DNA of 52,238 bases, from positions 1 to 52,238 of the forward strand of contig CAYTJE010000001.1 in the NCBI GenBank assembly GCA_964437855.1. The letters are read 5' to 3'. This stretch comes from an uncultured Anaerolineales bacterium. GTDB taxonomy: Bacteria; Planctomycetota; Phycisphaerae; FEN-1346. Every line of letters begins with the position of its first letter. The stretch's first letter is position 1. Shown piece by piece: positions 16,601 through 25,736 of this stretch. The translations under genes were made by a program, and so were the position numbers. Below the pieces are notes generated by a model. The model made no database searches and was not told the origin of the DNA. It saw only the letters and a list, made by a program, of their open reading frames with translations.

Positions 16601-17629
16601 GTGCAGAACGGACGAGGCATGCCGGCACCGGACGCGATCGACGCCCCGCTCCGTCTCCGCCACGTGCCGTGCGATTACTGCGGCGCGGAGGAGGCCGAGC
16701 CCTGTCTTTCCGGGCCCGACCGCGTGTGCGGGTTGGAGGGCGAGTTCCACGTGGTCCGGTGCACCCGCTGCGGTCTGCTCCGGACGAACCCCCAGCCCGT
16801 GCCGGAGGACCTGGCCAAGGCCTACCCGCCTTCCTACGACGTGCACGCGGCCTCGGTGACGATTCCCGACCCTCCGACGGGGCTGCTGCGATGGGGCCTG
16901 GTCAACTATCGGAACTATCCCCTTGGCCGAAAGGCCCCCGCTATTGTACGCTGGGTGATGCTGCCCTGGGCCCGGCTGCGGCTTCGGGGGCGCAAGTTCG
17001 TCGATTACGTGCCGTACCGCGGCCAGGGGCGGCTGCTCGACTTCGGATGCGGCACCGGGGGCTACGTGGCCCGGATGGCGGCCGCCGGATGGAAGGCGGA
17101 AGGCATCGACCTGGTTCCGTCGGCGGTGGCCACCGGACGCCGGGCCGGCCTGACCCTTCACGAGGGGACCCTGCCGGGGGCGGCGCTGCCGACCGCCCAC
17201 TACGACGTGATCACCCTGTGGCACGTACTGGAACACGTACCGAGCCCGATGGCCACCTTGAAGGCGGCGCGGGACCTTCTGCGTCCGGACGGGCGGCTGG
17301 TGGTGGTGTGTCCGCTGATGGACAGCCTGGCGGCCGGGTGGTTCGGGGCCTCGTGGTTCGGCCTGCGGGAACTGCCTCGGCACCTGACGCATTTCACGCA
17401 GCGGACGCTGAGGCGTCACCTGGAGGCGGCCGGGCTGGAGGTGGAGCGGGCCCTGCCCATCCGCCGGCCCACGTTCATGCGCCACAGCCTCCTGCAGCGG
17501 GCGGAGGATACGGGCCGGGCACGGTACCGGTGGCTCGCGCAGTCGCGGACCCTGTCGCGCGGGCTGAGCCACCTGGCCCGGCTTCTTGGACGGACCGACG
17601 AGGTGCTGCTTGAGGCCCGGCGGGCCTAG
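16601..17629 (+). CDS. Class I SAM-dependent methyltransferase with an N-terminal Cys4 zinc-ribbon-like motif
   Basis: LLDFGCGTGGYV (motif I). CDYCG...RCTRCG lies at the N-terminus. The start could instead be ATG 16619. Confidence 0.8.
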   Translation: MQNGRGMPAPDAIDAPLRLRHVPCDYCGAEEAEPCLSGPDRVCGLEGEFHVVRCTRCGLLRTNPQPVPEDLAKAYPPSYDVHAASVTIPDPPTGLLRWGLVNYRNYPLGRKAPAIVRWVMLPWARLRLRGRKFVDYVPYRGQGRLLDFGCGTGGYVARMAAAGWKAEGIDLVPSAVATGRRAGLTLHEGTLPGAALPTAHYDVITLWHVLEHVPSPMATLKAARDLLRPDGRLVVVCPLMDSLAAGWFGASWFGLRELPRHLTHFTQRTLRRHLEAAGLEVERALPIRRPTFMRHSLLQRAEDTGRARYRWLAQSRTLSRGLSHLARLLGRTDEVLLEARRA

Positions 17630-17646
17630 CGCGACAGCGCTACTTC

Positions 17647-17750
17647 CCGCGCGGCGGGTCTCCCGGCTTCGCCGCGCGGAGGCAACAACAGCGTTTCCGG
17701 CGGCGCGGTGGCCCAGTCCATACGGAGGCGTATGCCGAGGGCCACCGCGC
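17647..17750. repeat. Two family A REP hairpins in the spacer before the radical SAM gene
   Basis: CCGCGCGGCG...CGCCGCGCGG at 17647-17679 and GCGCGGTGGCCC...GGGCCACCGCGC at 17703-17750. Confidence 0.75.
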
Positions 17751-17778
17751 AGAAGGCACAGCATGAAGGATGTGAGAC

Positions 17779-19269
17779 GTGAAGGTGCTCCTGATACGGC
17801 CGCCCCAGGCGTTCGCCCGTGGCGGTCATGTGGCCGTTCATGTGGATGTCCCGTTGGCCCTGATGTATCTGGGGGCGATTGCCGAACGGGCCGGCCACCA
17901 GGTCGTTCTGTTCGACGCCGCGGTCCAGGCGGACGCCGCGCCCCTGCGGTTCGACGACGAAGGCCGGCTCCACGTCGGGACCGATTGGGACGACGTGGCC
18001 CGGACGGTCGAGGCGGCGGCGCCGGACGTGATCGGCATCACCAGCCTGTACTACACGCAGATGCCGCAGGCGCTGGAGACGGCCCGGGTGGCTCGCCGCG
18101 CCTTGCCCGACGTGCCCATCGTGGTGGGCGGCGCGCCGGTGACGGTCCGGCCGGAGGACTACCTGGCCGAGCCGGCCGTCAGCATGGCCGTGGTGGCCGA
18201 GGGCGACGTGGCCCTGCCGCGGCTGCTCGAGGCCCTGGCGGGGGGGGCCGACCTCCGCGACGTCCCGAACCTGGTGTATCGCGCCGGCGGGGGCCTCCGG
18301 CGCAACCCGGGCGCGGCCTTCGTCGAGGACCTCGATGCGCTGCCCGACCCGGCGTATCACCTGGTGGACCTGCCGCGGTACATGCGGGCGCTCAGCCAGG
18401 ATTCGGCCGGGCGGTGGACATGGAAGCCCCGGCGCCTGATGACGGTCCAGACCAGCCGGGGCTGTCCGTTCGGGTGTACCTACTGCGCGGTCCGGTTGCA
18501 CATGGGCCGCCGGTACCGCGTGCAGTCGCCCGAGCGTGTCCTGTCGCACCTGCGGTTTATTGCAACGGACCCGGGCATCCGGCACATTCATTTCATCGAC
18601 GACAACCTGGGCCAGGATCAGGAGCGTTTTCACGCGATTCTCGACGGCCTGATCCAGATGAAACGCGAGGGCCTGCCGATGGTCTGGGACACCCCCATCG
18701 GCATGCGGACCGACCGGCTGACCTACGACCTCCTGGCCAAGGCCAAGGAGGCCGGCTGCCGGTCGATGTATCTGACCGCGGAATCCGGCTCGCAGCGCGT
18801 GCTCGACCGGGTGATCCGGAAGGGGCTGAAACTCGAGAAGGTCCTCCAGGCCGCCGACGCCTGCAAACGGCTCGGCATCAAGGCGCGGGCCGGCTTCATC
18901 ATGGGCCTGCCCGGCGAAACGCTCGAGGACATGCAGAAGACCATCGAGTTGGCCCGGCACCTCAAGCGGCGTTACGGCATCCGAGGCCACGTGTCCATGG
19001 CCACGCCCCTCTACGGCACGCCGCTGTATGAGACCTGCGAGCGGCAGGGCTACCTCAAGCAGGCGATGACGCCGGAAGCCGTCGCCCGGTCGTTCGCGGA
19101 GGGCGGCATGATCGAGACCGAGGACTGGACCGTGGCCGACCTCCGGCGGATGCGGGATGCCTTCCGGCGCCAGGACGGCTGGGTCCACCGGGCGGTCCGC
19201 ACGGTCCGCACGCGGCTCTTCCGCCTCGGTCGCGGCCCGGCACCCTACGCGAAGGAGACGGAGGGATGA
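17779..19269 (+). CDS. B12-binding-domain radical SAM protein (class B-like)
   Basis: A Rossmann-like B12-binding N-domain (KVLLIRPP..., IGITS, VVGG) followed by TSRGCPFGCTYC (Cx3Cx2C). There is no Cys-rich SPASM tail. GTG start, and the stop overlaps the sulfatase ATG. Confidence 0.85.
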   Translation: MKVLLIRPPQAFARGGHVAVHVDVPLALMYLGAIAERAGHQVVLFDAAVQADAAPLRFDDEGRLHVGTDWDDVARTVEAAAPDVIGITSLYYTQMPQALETARVARRALPDVPIVVGGAPVTVRPEDYLAEPAVSMAVVAEGDVALPRLLEALAGGADLRDVPNLVYRAGGGLRRNPGAAFVEDLDALPDPAYHLVDLPRYMRALSQDSAGRWTWKPRRLMTVQTSRGCPFGCTYCAVRLHMGRRYRVQSPERVLSHLRFIATDPGIRHIHFIDDNLGQDQERFHAILDGLIQMKREGLPMVWDTPIGMRTDRLTYDLLAKAKEAGCRSMYLTAESGSQRVLDRVIRKGLKLEKVLQAADACKRLGIKARAGFIMGLPGETLEDMQKTIELARHLKRRYGIRGHVSMATPLYGTPLYETCERQGYLKQAMTPEAVARSFAEGGMIETEDWTVADLRRMRDAFRRQDGWVHRAVRTVRTRLFRLGRGPAPYAKETEG

Positions 19270-20747
19270 ATCGCCGACGCTTTCTCCAGGCCCTGGCCGG
19301 CGGCGCCGCGGCGGCCATTCCCGAAGGCTTCGCCCGCGCCGCGGGCGCACCGGCCCGCCCCCGCGTGACCAAACCCAACGTCGTCCTCGTGCTCGTGGAC
19401 GACCTGGGATGGACGGACTCCAGCACGTACGGCTCCGAGTACTACGAGACGCCGAACCTCTCGCGTCTGGCGGCCGGCGGCATGACGTTCACCGACGCCT
19501 ACGCGGCGTGCGCGGTCTGCTCGCCGACGCGGGCGGCGGTAATGACCGGCCGGTGGCCGGCCCGGCTGGGCGTCACGGACTGGATCCGGGCGCGGTTCCA
19601 GGGCGGCACGATCCCCGAGGACCACGAGCCGCCCTCCGGGTGGTGGAGCCGGCCCGGCTTCAAACTCCGGTGCCCCGAGAACGCCCTCTGGCTGAACCTC
19701 TCGGAGATCACCATCGCCGAGGCCCTGAAAGCGGCCGGCTACGTCTCCTGCCACATCGGCAAATGGCACCTGGGCGCCGACCCGTGGTATCCGGACAAGC
19801 AAGGCTTCGACGTTAACATCGGGGGGTGCGACTTCGGCCAGCCGCCGTCGTATTTCGATCCGTACGAGAAGCGCCGGCAGGGGCGGATTCCGACCCTCGA
19901 GCCCCGCGCCGAGGGCGAGTACCTGACGGACCGCGAGGGCGACGAGGCCGCCCGCTTCATCCGGACCTCGGCCCGCGCCGGCCGGCCGTTCTTCCTCTAC
20001 ATGGCCCACTACGCCGTCCACACGCCCATCCAGGCCAAGAAGGACCTCATCGAGAAATACCAGGCGAAGCCCCCGACCGATCGGCATACGAACGCCACCT
20101 ACGCCGCCATGATCGAGAGCGTCGATACCGCCCTCGGCACCATCCTGAAGGCCCTGGACGAGGCCGGCGTGGCCGGCCACACCCTCGTCATCTTTACCAG
20201 CGACAACGGCGGCCTGGTGCCCATAACGCGGAACACGCCGCTGCGGGCCGGCAAGGGATACCCGTACGAGGGCGGCATCCGGGAGCCGCTCGTCGTCCGC
20301 TGGCCGGGCGTCACCACGCCCGGCAGCACGTGCGACGTGCCCGTGACGAGCGTGGACCACTTCCCGACGATCTGCCAGGCCGCCGGCGTGGGGCTTCCGA
20401 CGGACCGGGCCATCGACGGCGAGAGCCTCCTGCCGTTGCTCCGTGGCACGGGCGGCCTGAAGCGGGAGGCCATCTACTGGCACTTTCCGCATTACCGGCA
20501 GGGGCACCGCGTGCCGCCCTACAGCATCGTCCGCCAGGGCGACTGGAAACTCATCCGCTGGCACGAGGGCCCCACCTGGGAACTCTACCATCTGGCCGAC
20601 GACCTCTCCGAGACGAACGACCTCGCGCCCGCGATGCCCGAGAAGGTCCAGGCGCTGGACGCTCAACTGATGGCGCACCTTCGAGAGGTCGGCGCCAAGA
20701 TGCCCGAACCGAACCCGTCGTACAAACCGAAAGCCCGGAAAGGATGA
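19266..20747 (+). CDS. Sulfatase 1 (Cys-type, Tat signal)
   Basis: MNRRRFLQALAGGAAAA Tat-like signal, VDDLGW and CSPTRAAVMTGR (CxPxR). Confidence 0.9.
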   Translation: MNRRRFLQALAGGAAAAIPEGFARAAGAPARPRVTKPNVVLVLVDDLGWTDSSTYGSEYYETPNLSRLAAGGMTFTDAYAACAVCSPTRAAVMTGRWPARLGVTDWIRARFQGGTIPEDHEPPSGWWSRPGFKLRCPENALWLNLSEITIAEALKAAGYVSCHIGKWHLGADPWYPDKQGFDVNIGGCDFGQPPSYFDPYEKRRQGRIPTLEPRAEGEYLTDREGDEAARFIRTSARAGRPFFLYMAHYAVHTPIQAKKDLIEKYQAKPPTDRHTNATYAAMIESVDTALGTILKALDEAGVAGHTLVIFTSDNGGLVPITRNTPLRAGKGYPYEGGIREPLVVRWPGVTTPGSTCDVPVTSVDHFPTICQAAGVGLPTDRAIDGESLLPLLRGTGGLKREAIYWHFPHYRQGHRVPPYSIVRQGDWKLIRWHEGPTWELYHLADDLSETNDLAPAMPEKVQALDAQLMAHLREVGAKMPEPNPSYKPKARKG

Positions 20748-22201
20748 CGATGAACCGCCGACGCTTTCTCCGCCGAGCCGGCCTCGGTGCCGCCGCCCTG
20801 CTGGCCGGGGGCCGGTCCGCCGCCCGCGCCGCCTCTTCCGCCGACAAGCCCAACATCCTCTTCATCATGGTCGACGACCTGGGCAAGGAATGGGTCGGCT
20901 GCTACGGGGGCGAGGACATCGAGACGCCGAACCTGGACCGTCTGGCCGCCGGCGGCATGCGGTTCGAAAACGCCTACTCCATGCCGCAGTGCACGCCGTC
21001 GCGCGTCACGCTCCTGACCGGCCGGTACCCCTGGCGGACCGGTTGGGTCAACCACTGGGACGTCCCGCGATGGGGCGTCGGGTACTTCGACTGGAAATGC
21101 CATACCACGTACGCGAATATCCTGAAGACGGCCGGCTACGCCACCGCCGTCGCCGGCAAATGGCAGATCAACGACTTCCGCCTCGAACCGAATGCCCTCG
21201 AGAAGCATGGATTCGACCAGTGGTGCCTGTGGACCGGCGGCGAGGGCGGCAACCGCAAGTCCAACAAGCGGTACTGGGACCCCTACATCCACACCCGCGA
21301 CGGCAGCAAGACCTACGAGGGCCAGTTCGGCCCGGCCCTCTACACCGATTTCCTCATCGACTTCATGGCCCGCCACAAAGACGAGCCGATGGGCCTCTAC
21401 TTCCCCATGTGCCTGACCCACGGTCCCCAGGTCCACACCCCGGACGAGCCGGACGCCAAGGGCAAACTGGCCAGGCACAAGGCCATGGTCCGGTACACCG
21501 ACAAACTCGTCGGCCGGCTCGTGGGCGCCCTGGACGACCTCGGCATCCGCGACCGCACCCTCATCATCTTCACGACCGACAACGGCACGAGCGGCCGGTT
21601 CACGGGGACACTGAACGGCCACAAGGTGCGCGGCGGCAAGGGCAAGGAGAGCGAGGCCGGCGTCTGCGCCCCGTTTCTCGTCAACGGGCCGGGCCTGGTG
21701 CCGGCCGGCGTCGTGACCGATGCCCTGACGGACTTCACGGACCTGCTGCCGACCTTCGCGGACCTCGCCGGCGCGGCGGTGCCGGCCGACTGGCCGGTGG
21801 ACGGCGTCTCCATCGCCCCGCTGCTCCTGGGCCGGGCCGAAGATTCGCCCCGCCAATACATCCTGGCCATGGGGCACGGTCCGGCCGCCCTGGACAACGA
21901 GGGCGTGCGCGGCCGGGCCGACTACGCCACCCGCGTGATCCGCGACAAGCGGTTCAAGGTGTGGGTGGATCATCACGCGACGATCATCCGCCTGCACGAC
22001 CTGAAGGCCGACCCCTTCGAGGAGAAGAACCTCCTCGCGAGCGCGGAGCCGGAGCACAAGGCCGCCCTCGCCAAGTTCCAGGCCGTTCTCGACACCATGC
22101 CCAAGACCGACGCCCGGCCCAAGTACGAGCCGCGCGCGGCCAATCCGTGGGATCGCAAACCCGCCTCGGCCAAACGCAAGAAGAGAAAGAAGAACCCGTG
22201 A
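20744..22201 (+). CDS. Sulfatase 2 (Cys-type, Tat signal)
   Basis: MTMNRRRFLRRAGLGAAALLA, MVDDLG and CTPSRVTLLTGR. ATGA overlap with sulfatase 1. Confidence 0.9.
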   Translation: MTMNRRRFLRRAGLGAAALLAGGRSAARAASSADKPNILFIMVDDLGKEWVGCYGGEDIETPNLDRLAAGGMRFENAYSMPQCTPSRVTLLTGRYPWRTGWVNHWDVPRWGVGYFDWKCHTTYANILKTAGYATAVAGKWQINDFRLEPNALEKHGFDQWCLWTGGEGGNRKSNKRYWDPYIHTRDGSKTYEGQFGPALYTDFLIDFMARHKDEPMGLYFPMCLTHGPQVHTPDEPDAKGKLARHKAMVRYTDKLVGRLVGALDDLGIRDRTLIIFTTDNGTSGRFTGTLNGHKVRGGKGKESEAGVCAPFLVNGPGLVPAGVVTDALTDFTDLLPTFADLAGAAVPADWPVDGVSIAPLLLGRAEDSPRQYILAMGHGPAALDNEGVRGRADYATRVIRDKRFKVWVDHHATIIRLHDLKADPFEEKNLLASAEPEHKAALAKFQAVLDTMPKTDARPKYEPRAANPWDRKPASAKRKKRKKNP

Positions 22202-22257
22202 CCGCCCAGCGCGACCTCGCCGTGGCCGCGCGGGGCTCAAGACAGAAAGGAGACCCG

Positions 22258-23976
22258 ATGAACCGCCGCCAGTTTCTGCGAACCGCCGGTCTCGGAGCCG
22301 CCGCCTTCCTCACCGGGTGCCGGGCCGCCGCCCGTGCAGCCGCCCCGGCCAAGCGGCCGAACATCATCCTCATCATGTCCGACGACATGGGGTACTCGGA
22401 CCTCGGGTGCTACGGGGGCGAGATTGAGACGCCCACCCTCAATTCGCTAGCGGCCAAGGGCGTCCGCTTCACCCAGTTCTACAACACGGCCCGGTGCTGC
22501 CCCACGCGGGCCAGCCTGATGACCGGCCTGTACCAGCACCAGGCGGCCGTCGGCCACATGATGGGCGACCGCAACCTGCCGGGCTACCGCGGCGACCTGA
22601 GCCGGAATGCCGTCACCATTGCCGAGGCCGTCAAGCCCGCCGGCTACGCCGCCTACATGTCCGGCAAGTGGCACGTGACGCCCCACACCCGCCCGGACGG
22701 CCCCAAGCACAACTGGCCGCGGGCGCGCGGGTTCGACCGTTTCTTCGGCACCATCCACGGGGCGGGGTCGTTCTACGACCCGAACAGCCTGACCCGCGAC
22801 AACACCCAGATTCCGCCCGGCAAGGACTTCTATTACACCGATGCCATCAGCGACAATGCCGCCGGCTACATCCGCGACCACAGGAAGCAGAAACCCGACG
22901 CGCCCTTCTTCATGTACGTGGCCTATACGGCCGCCCACTGGCCGATGCACGCCCGGCCGGAAGACATCGCCCGCTACAAAGGCCGGTACGACGCGGGCTG
23001 GCAGGAGATCCGCCAGGCCCGGTACAAACGGATGCGCCGGATGGGCCTCCTGAAGGAGCCGTGGGACCTCTCGCCCCGCGACGCCAAACGCTGGGAACAG
23101 GTCTCGGAGGCAGACAAAAAGTGGCACGCCCGCCGCATGGAAGTCTACGCCGCCATGGTCACCGTCATGGACTCTGGGCTAGGCCGCATCGTCCAGGCCC
23201 TGAAGGAGACCGGCCAGTACGAGAACACGCTCATCCTCTTCCTCGAGGACAACGGCGGGTGCGCCGAGGAGTTCGGCAGCCGCGGCAAGCCGCGCAACCA
23301 CGCCAAAAACCTCAAGAAGGCCGAACCGATGGCCCCGGACGCCCTCCAGACCCACATGGTGCCGCCCGTCACGCGCGACGGCCGCCCCGTGCGCGTGGGT
23401 CACGGCGTAATGCCCGGCCCGGCCGACACGTACATCGCCTACGGCAAGGAGTGGGCGAACGTCTCGAACACCCCCTTCCGCCTGTACAAGCACTGGGTGC
23501 ACGAGGGCGGCACCGCCACGCCGCTCATCGCCCACTGGCCCGCCGGCATCCCGACGGACCGGCACGGGGCGATGGAGCGGCAGCCCGGCCACCTCATCGA
23601 CATCATGGCCACCTGCGTCGACCTCGCCGGCGCCGACTATCCCGAAACGTTCAAGGGGAACCGGATCACGCCGATGCAGGGCGTGAGCCTGGCCCCAGCG
23701 TTCCTCGGCAAAGACGTGGGCCGCGACGAGCCCATCTACTTCGAGCACGAGGGCAACCGCGCCATCCGCGACGGCAAGTGGAAACTCGTCGCCAAGGGCG
23801 CGGGCGGACCGTGGGAACTGTACGACATGGAGGCCGACCGCAGCGAACTCCACGACCTGGCCGGGAAGCACCCCGACCGCGTCCAGGCGATGGCCGAGCG
23901 GTGGGAGGCCTTCGCCCGCCAGGCCCACATGATCCCCTGGCCCTGGAAAGGCAAGTACCGACGCAAGAAGGGATAA
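22258..23976 (+). CDS. Sulfatase 3 (arylsulfatase-like, Cys-type, Tat signal)
   Basis: MNRRQFLRTAGLGAAAFL, MSDDMGYSD and CCPTRASLMTG. GAAAGGAG RBS at 22245-22252. Confidence 0.9.
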   Translation: MNRRQFLRTAGLGAAAFLTGCRAAARAAAPAKRPNIILIMSDDMGYSDLGCYGGEIETPTLNSLAAKGVRFTQFYNTARCCPTRASLMTGLYQHQAAVGHMMGDRNLPGYRGDLSRNAVTIAEAVKPAGYAAYMSGKWHVTPHTRPDGPKHNWPRARGFDRFFGTIHGAGSFYDPNSLTRDNTQIPPGKDFYYTDAISDNAAGYIRDHRKQKPDAPFFMYVAYTAAHWPMHARPEDIARYKGRYDAGWQEIRQARYKRMRRMGLLKEPWDLSPRDAKRWEQVSEADKKWHARRMEVYAAMVTVMDSGLGRIVQALKETGQYENTLILFLEDNGGCAEEFGSRGKPRNHAKNLKKAEPMAPDALQTHMVPPVTRDGRPVRVGHGVMPGPADTYIAYGKEWANVSNTPFRLYKHWVHEGGTATPLIAHWPAGIPTDRHGAMERQPGHLIDIMATCVDLAGADYPETFKGNRITPMQGVSLAPAFLGKDVGRDEPIYFEHEGNRAIRDGKWKLVAKGAGGPWELYDMEADRSELHDLAGKHPDRVQAMAERWEAFARQAHMIPWPWKGKYRRKKG

Positions 23977-23996
23977 GCGGGCCCCGCCCGTCGGCC

Positions 23997-24105
23997 GAGT
24001 CCCGACCGAGCCGGTCGCGGAAGCGGCCGGTTATCGCCTCCCGTCGTGGTCCGAGCCGCCGCGACTAACCCCGCCCCGCCGCTGCCGCGTCGGGCTGAGC
24101 ACGGA
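23997..24105 (+). repeat. Sulfatase-leader element, divergent copy c4
   Basis: Hairpins CCGGTCGC-GGAA-GCGGCCGG and CCCGCCGC-TGCC-GCGTCGGG, with a core ..CCCGTCGTGGTCCGAG. It ends 14 nt before the sulfatase 4 ATG. Confidence 0.5.
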
Positions 24106-24118
24106 GAAAGGCCCTCTT

Positions 24119-25618
24119 ATGAACCGCCGCACGTTTCTGCACTCGGCCGGCCTGGGGGCCGTGGGCCTGGCCCGGGCCGCCACCGCCATGGAGCGGGCCC
24201 CCAGCGCCGCTCGCTCGCGCTCGCGGCTAGCAGAGACAAACCGGGTCGCGACCGCCCCCCGAGCCGCGACCCTAAGGGAGCGGCCCAACATCCTCCTCAT
24301 CCTCCCCGACGACCAGACCTGGCGAGACAACGGCTGTTACGGCCACCCGGACGTCCGCACGCCGAACATCGACCGCCTGGCCGAGGCGGGCATGCGGTTT
24401 ACCCACTGCTTTACCGCGACGGCCATGTGCGCCCCCACCCGCCAGCAACTCTACACGGGCCTCTTTCCCGTCCGAAACGGCGCCTACCCGAACCACAGCC
24501 GCGTCTACGGCGGGACCCGGAGCATGGTCCACCACCTGAAGGCCCTGGGGTACCGGGTGGGCATCGCCGGGAAACACCACTTCGGCCCGCGCGACTCGTT
24601 CCCCTTTGAGAACCTCAAGCCCAAGGACGTGCCGGCGTTCATCGGCCGCAAGCCGGACGAGCCGTTCTGCCTCATCGTCTGCTCGCACAGCCCGCACCTG
24701 CCGTGGAAGGCCGGCGACGCCTCCGCCTACGACCCGGACGCCCTCACCCTGCCGCCCTACCTGGTGGATACGCCCGAGACGCGCGAGGCCCTCACGAAGT
24801 ACTACGCCGAGATCACGGACTTCGACCGCGAGGTGGGCGAGTGCATGCGGCACGTGCGTGAGGCCGGCGCCGAGAAGGACACGATCTTCATCTACACGAG
24901 CGAGCAGGGCGCCCAGTTCCCGCACGGCAAATGGACGTGTTACGACGTGGGCCTGCGCACCGCCCTGGTGGTCCGCTGGCCCCGTCGCGTCAAACCGGGC
25001 ACCACCACCGACGCCCTGGTCCAGTACGTGGACGTGGTGCCGACGCTGATCGAGGCGGCCGGCGGCGACCCGGCCCGGATCGACACCGGCTGCCCGGACG
25101 CCCGGGGCGAGACCGGCTTCGACGGCCGCAGTTTCCTCGGCGTCCTCCTCGGCCGGGCCGACACGCACCGCGACGCCGTCTACGGCGCCCACACCACGCG
25201 GGGCATCATCGCCGGGTCCGACTGTTACCCCATCCGCTCGGTCCGCACCCGGCGGTACAAGTATATCCGCAACCTGAACCACGAGTCGGCGTTCCACAAC
25301 GTCCTGATCCAGCGGGAGAAGTCCTACTGGCCGTCGTGGCAGGAGAAGGCCAAGACCGACCCCAAGGCCGCCTACCTGGTCCGGATGTACGAGCACCGGC
25401 CGGCCGAGGAACTCTACGACCTGCGGGCGGACCCGTGGGAACTGGAGAACCTGGCCGATGAGCCCGCCCTGGCCCGGGTCAAGGCCGACCTCCGCAAACG
25501 CCTGGACGCCTGGATGGCCCAGCAGGGTGATAAGGGCAACGCCACCGAGATGCAGGCCCGCCAGCGCCAGGGCCGCGGCAAGAAGAAGAAACGGGCCAAG
25601 GCCAAACCGGACGCCTGA
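24119..25618 (+). CDS. Sulfatase 4 (Cys-type, Tat signal; heparan/N-sulfoglucosamine-sulfatase-like)
   Basis: MNRRTFLHSAGLGAVGLA, LPDDQ and CAPTRQQLYTGL. The spacer between the signal and the mature domain is unusually long. Confidence 0.9.
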   Translation: MNRRTFLHSAGLGAVGLARAATAMERAPSAARSRSRLAETNRVATAPRAATLRERPNILLILPDDQTWRDNGCYGHPDVRTPNIDRLAEAGMRFTHCFTATAMCAPTRQQLYTGLFPVRNGAYPNHSRVYGGTRSMVHHLKALGYRVGIAGKHHFGPRDSFPFENLKPKDVPAFIGRKPDEPFCLIVCSHSPHLPWKAGDASAYDPDALTLPPYLVDTPETREALTKYYAEITDFDREVGECMRHVREAGAEKDTIFIYTSEQGAQFPHGKWTCYDVGLRTALVVRWPRRVKPGTTTDALVQYVDVVPTLIEAAGGDPARIDTGCPDARGETGFDGRSFLGVLLGRADTHRDAVYGAHTTRGIIAGSDCYPIRSVRTRRYKYIRNLNHESAFHNVLIQREKSYWPSWQEKAKTDPKAAYLVRMYEHRPAEELYDLRADPWELENLADEPALARVKADLRKRLDAWMAQQGDKGNATEMQARQRQGRGKKKKRAKAKPDA

Positions 25619-25674
25619 CCGCCGCGGGGCCGCCCTCGTCAGCCCGCCGGGGCGGCGGCGGGTTGGCTCGGCGG

Positions 25675-25703
25675 TTGACCGTGGCGGGTGGGCGGTTTAG
25701 AAT
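25675..25703 (+). promoter_or_regulatory. Sigma70-like promoter for sppA: TTGACC-17-TAGAAT
   Basis: The -35 is at 25675-25680 and the -10 at 25698-25703. AAGGAGA RBS at 25723-25729. Confidence 0.55.
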
Positions 25704-25736
25704 CCGGTCTGTTCCCGCGCCTTAAGGAGACCGGTT

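Noticed and set aside
16523-17764. 413-aa minus-strand ORF opposite the SAM methyltransferase
   Set aside because: It has no motifs, while the plus-strand frame has a clear GxGxG SAM-binding motif.
17779-19269. Calling the radical SAM protein an anaerobic sulfatase-maturating enzyme
   Set aside because: It lacks the Cys-rich SPASM/auxiliary-cluster region of anSMEs and has a B12-binding-type N-domain. The link to sulfatases is kept only as a hypothesis.
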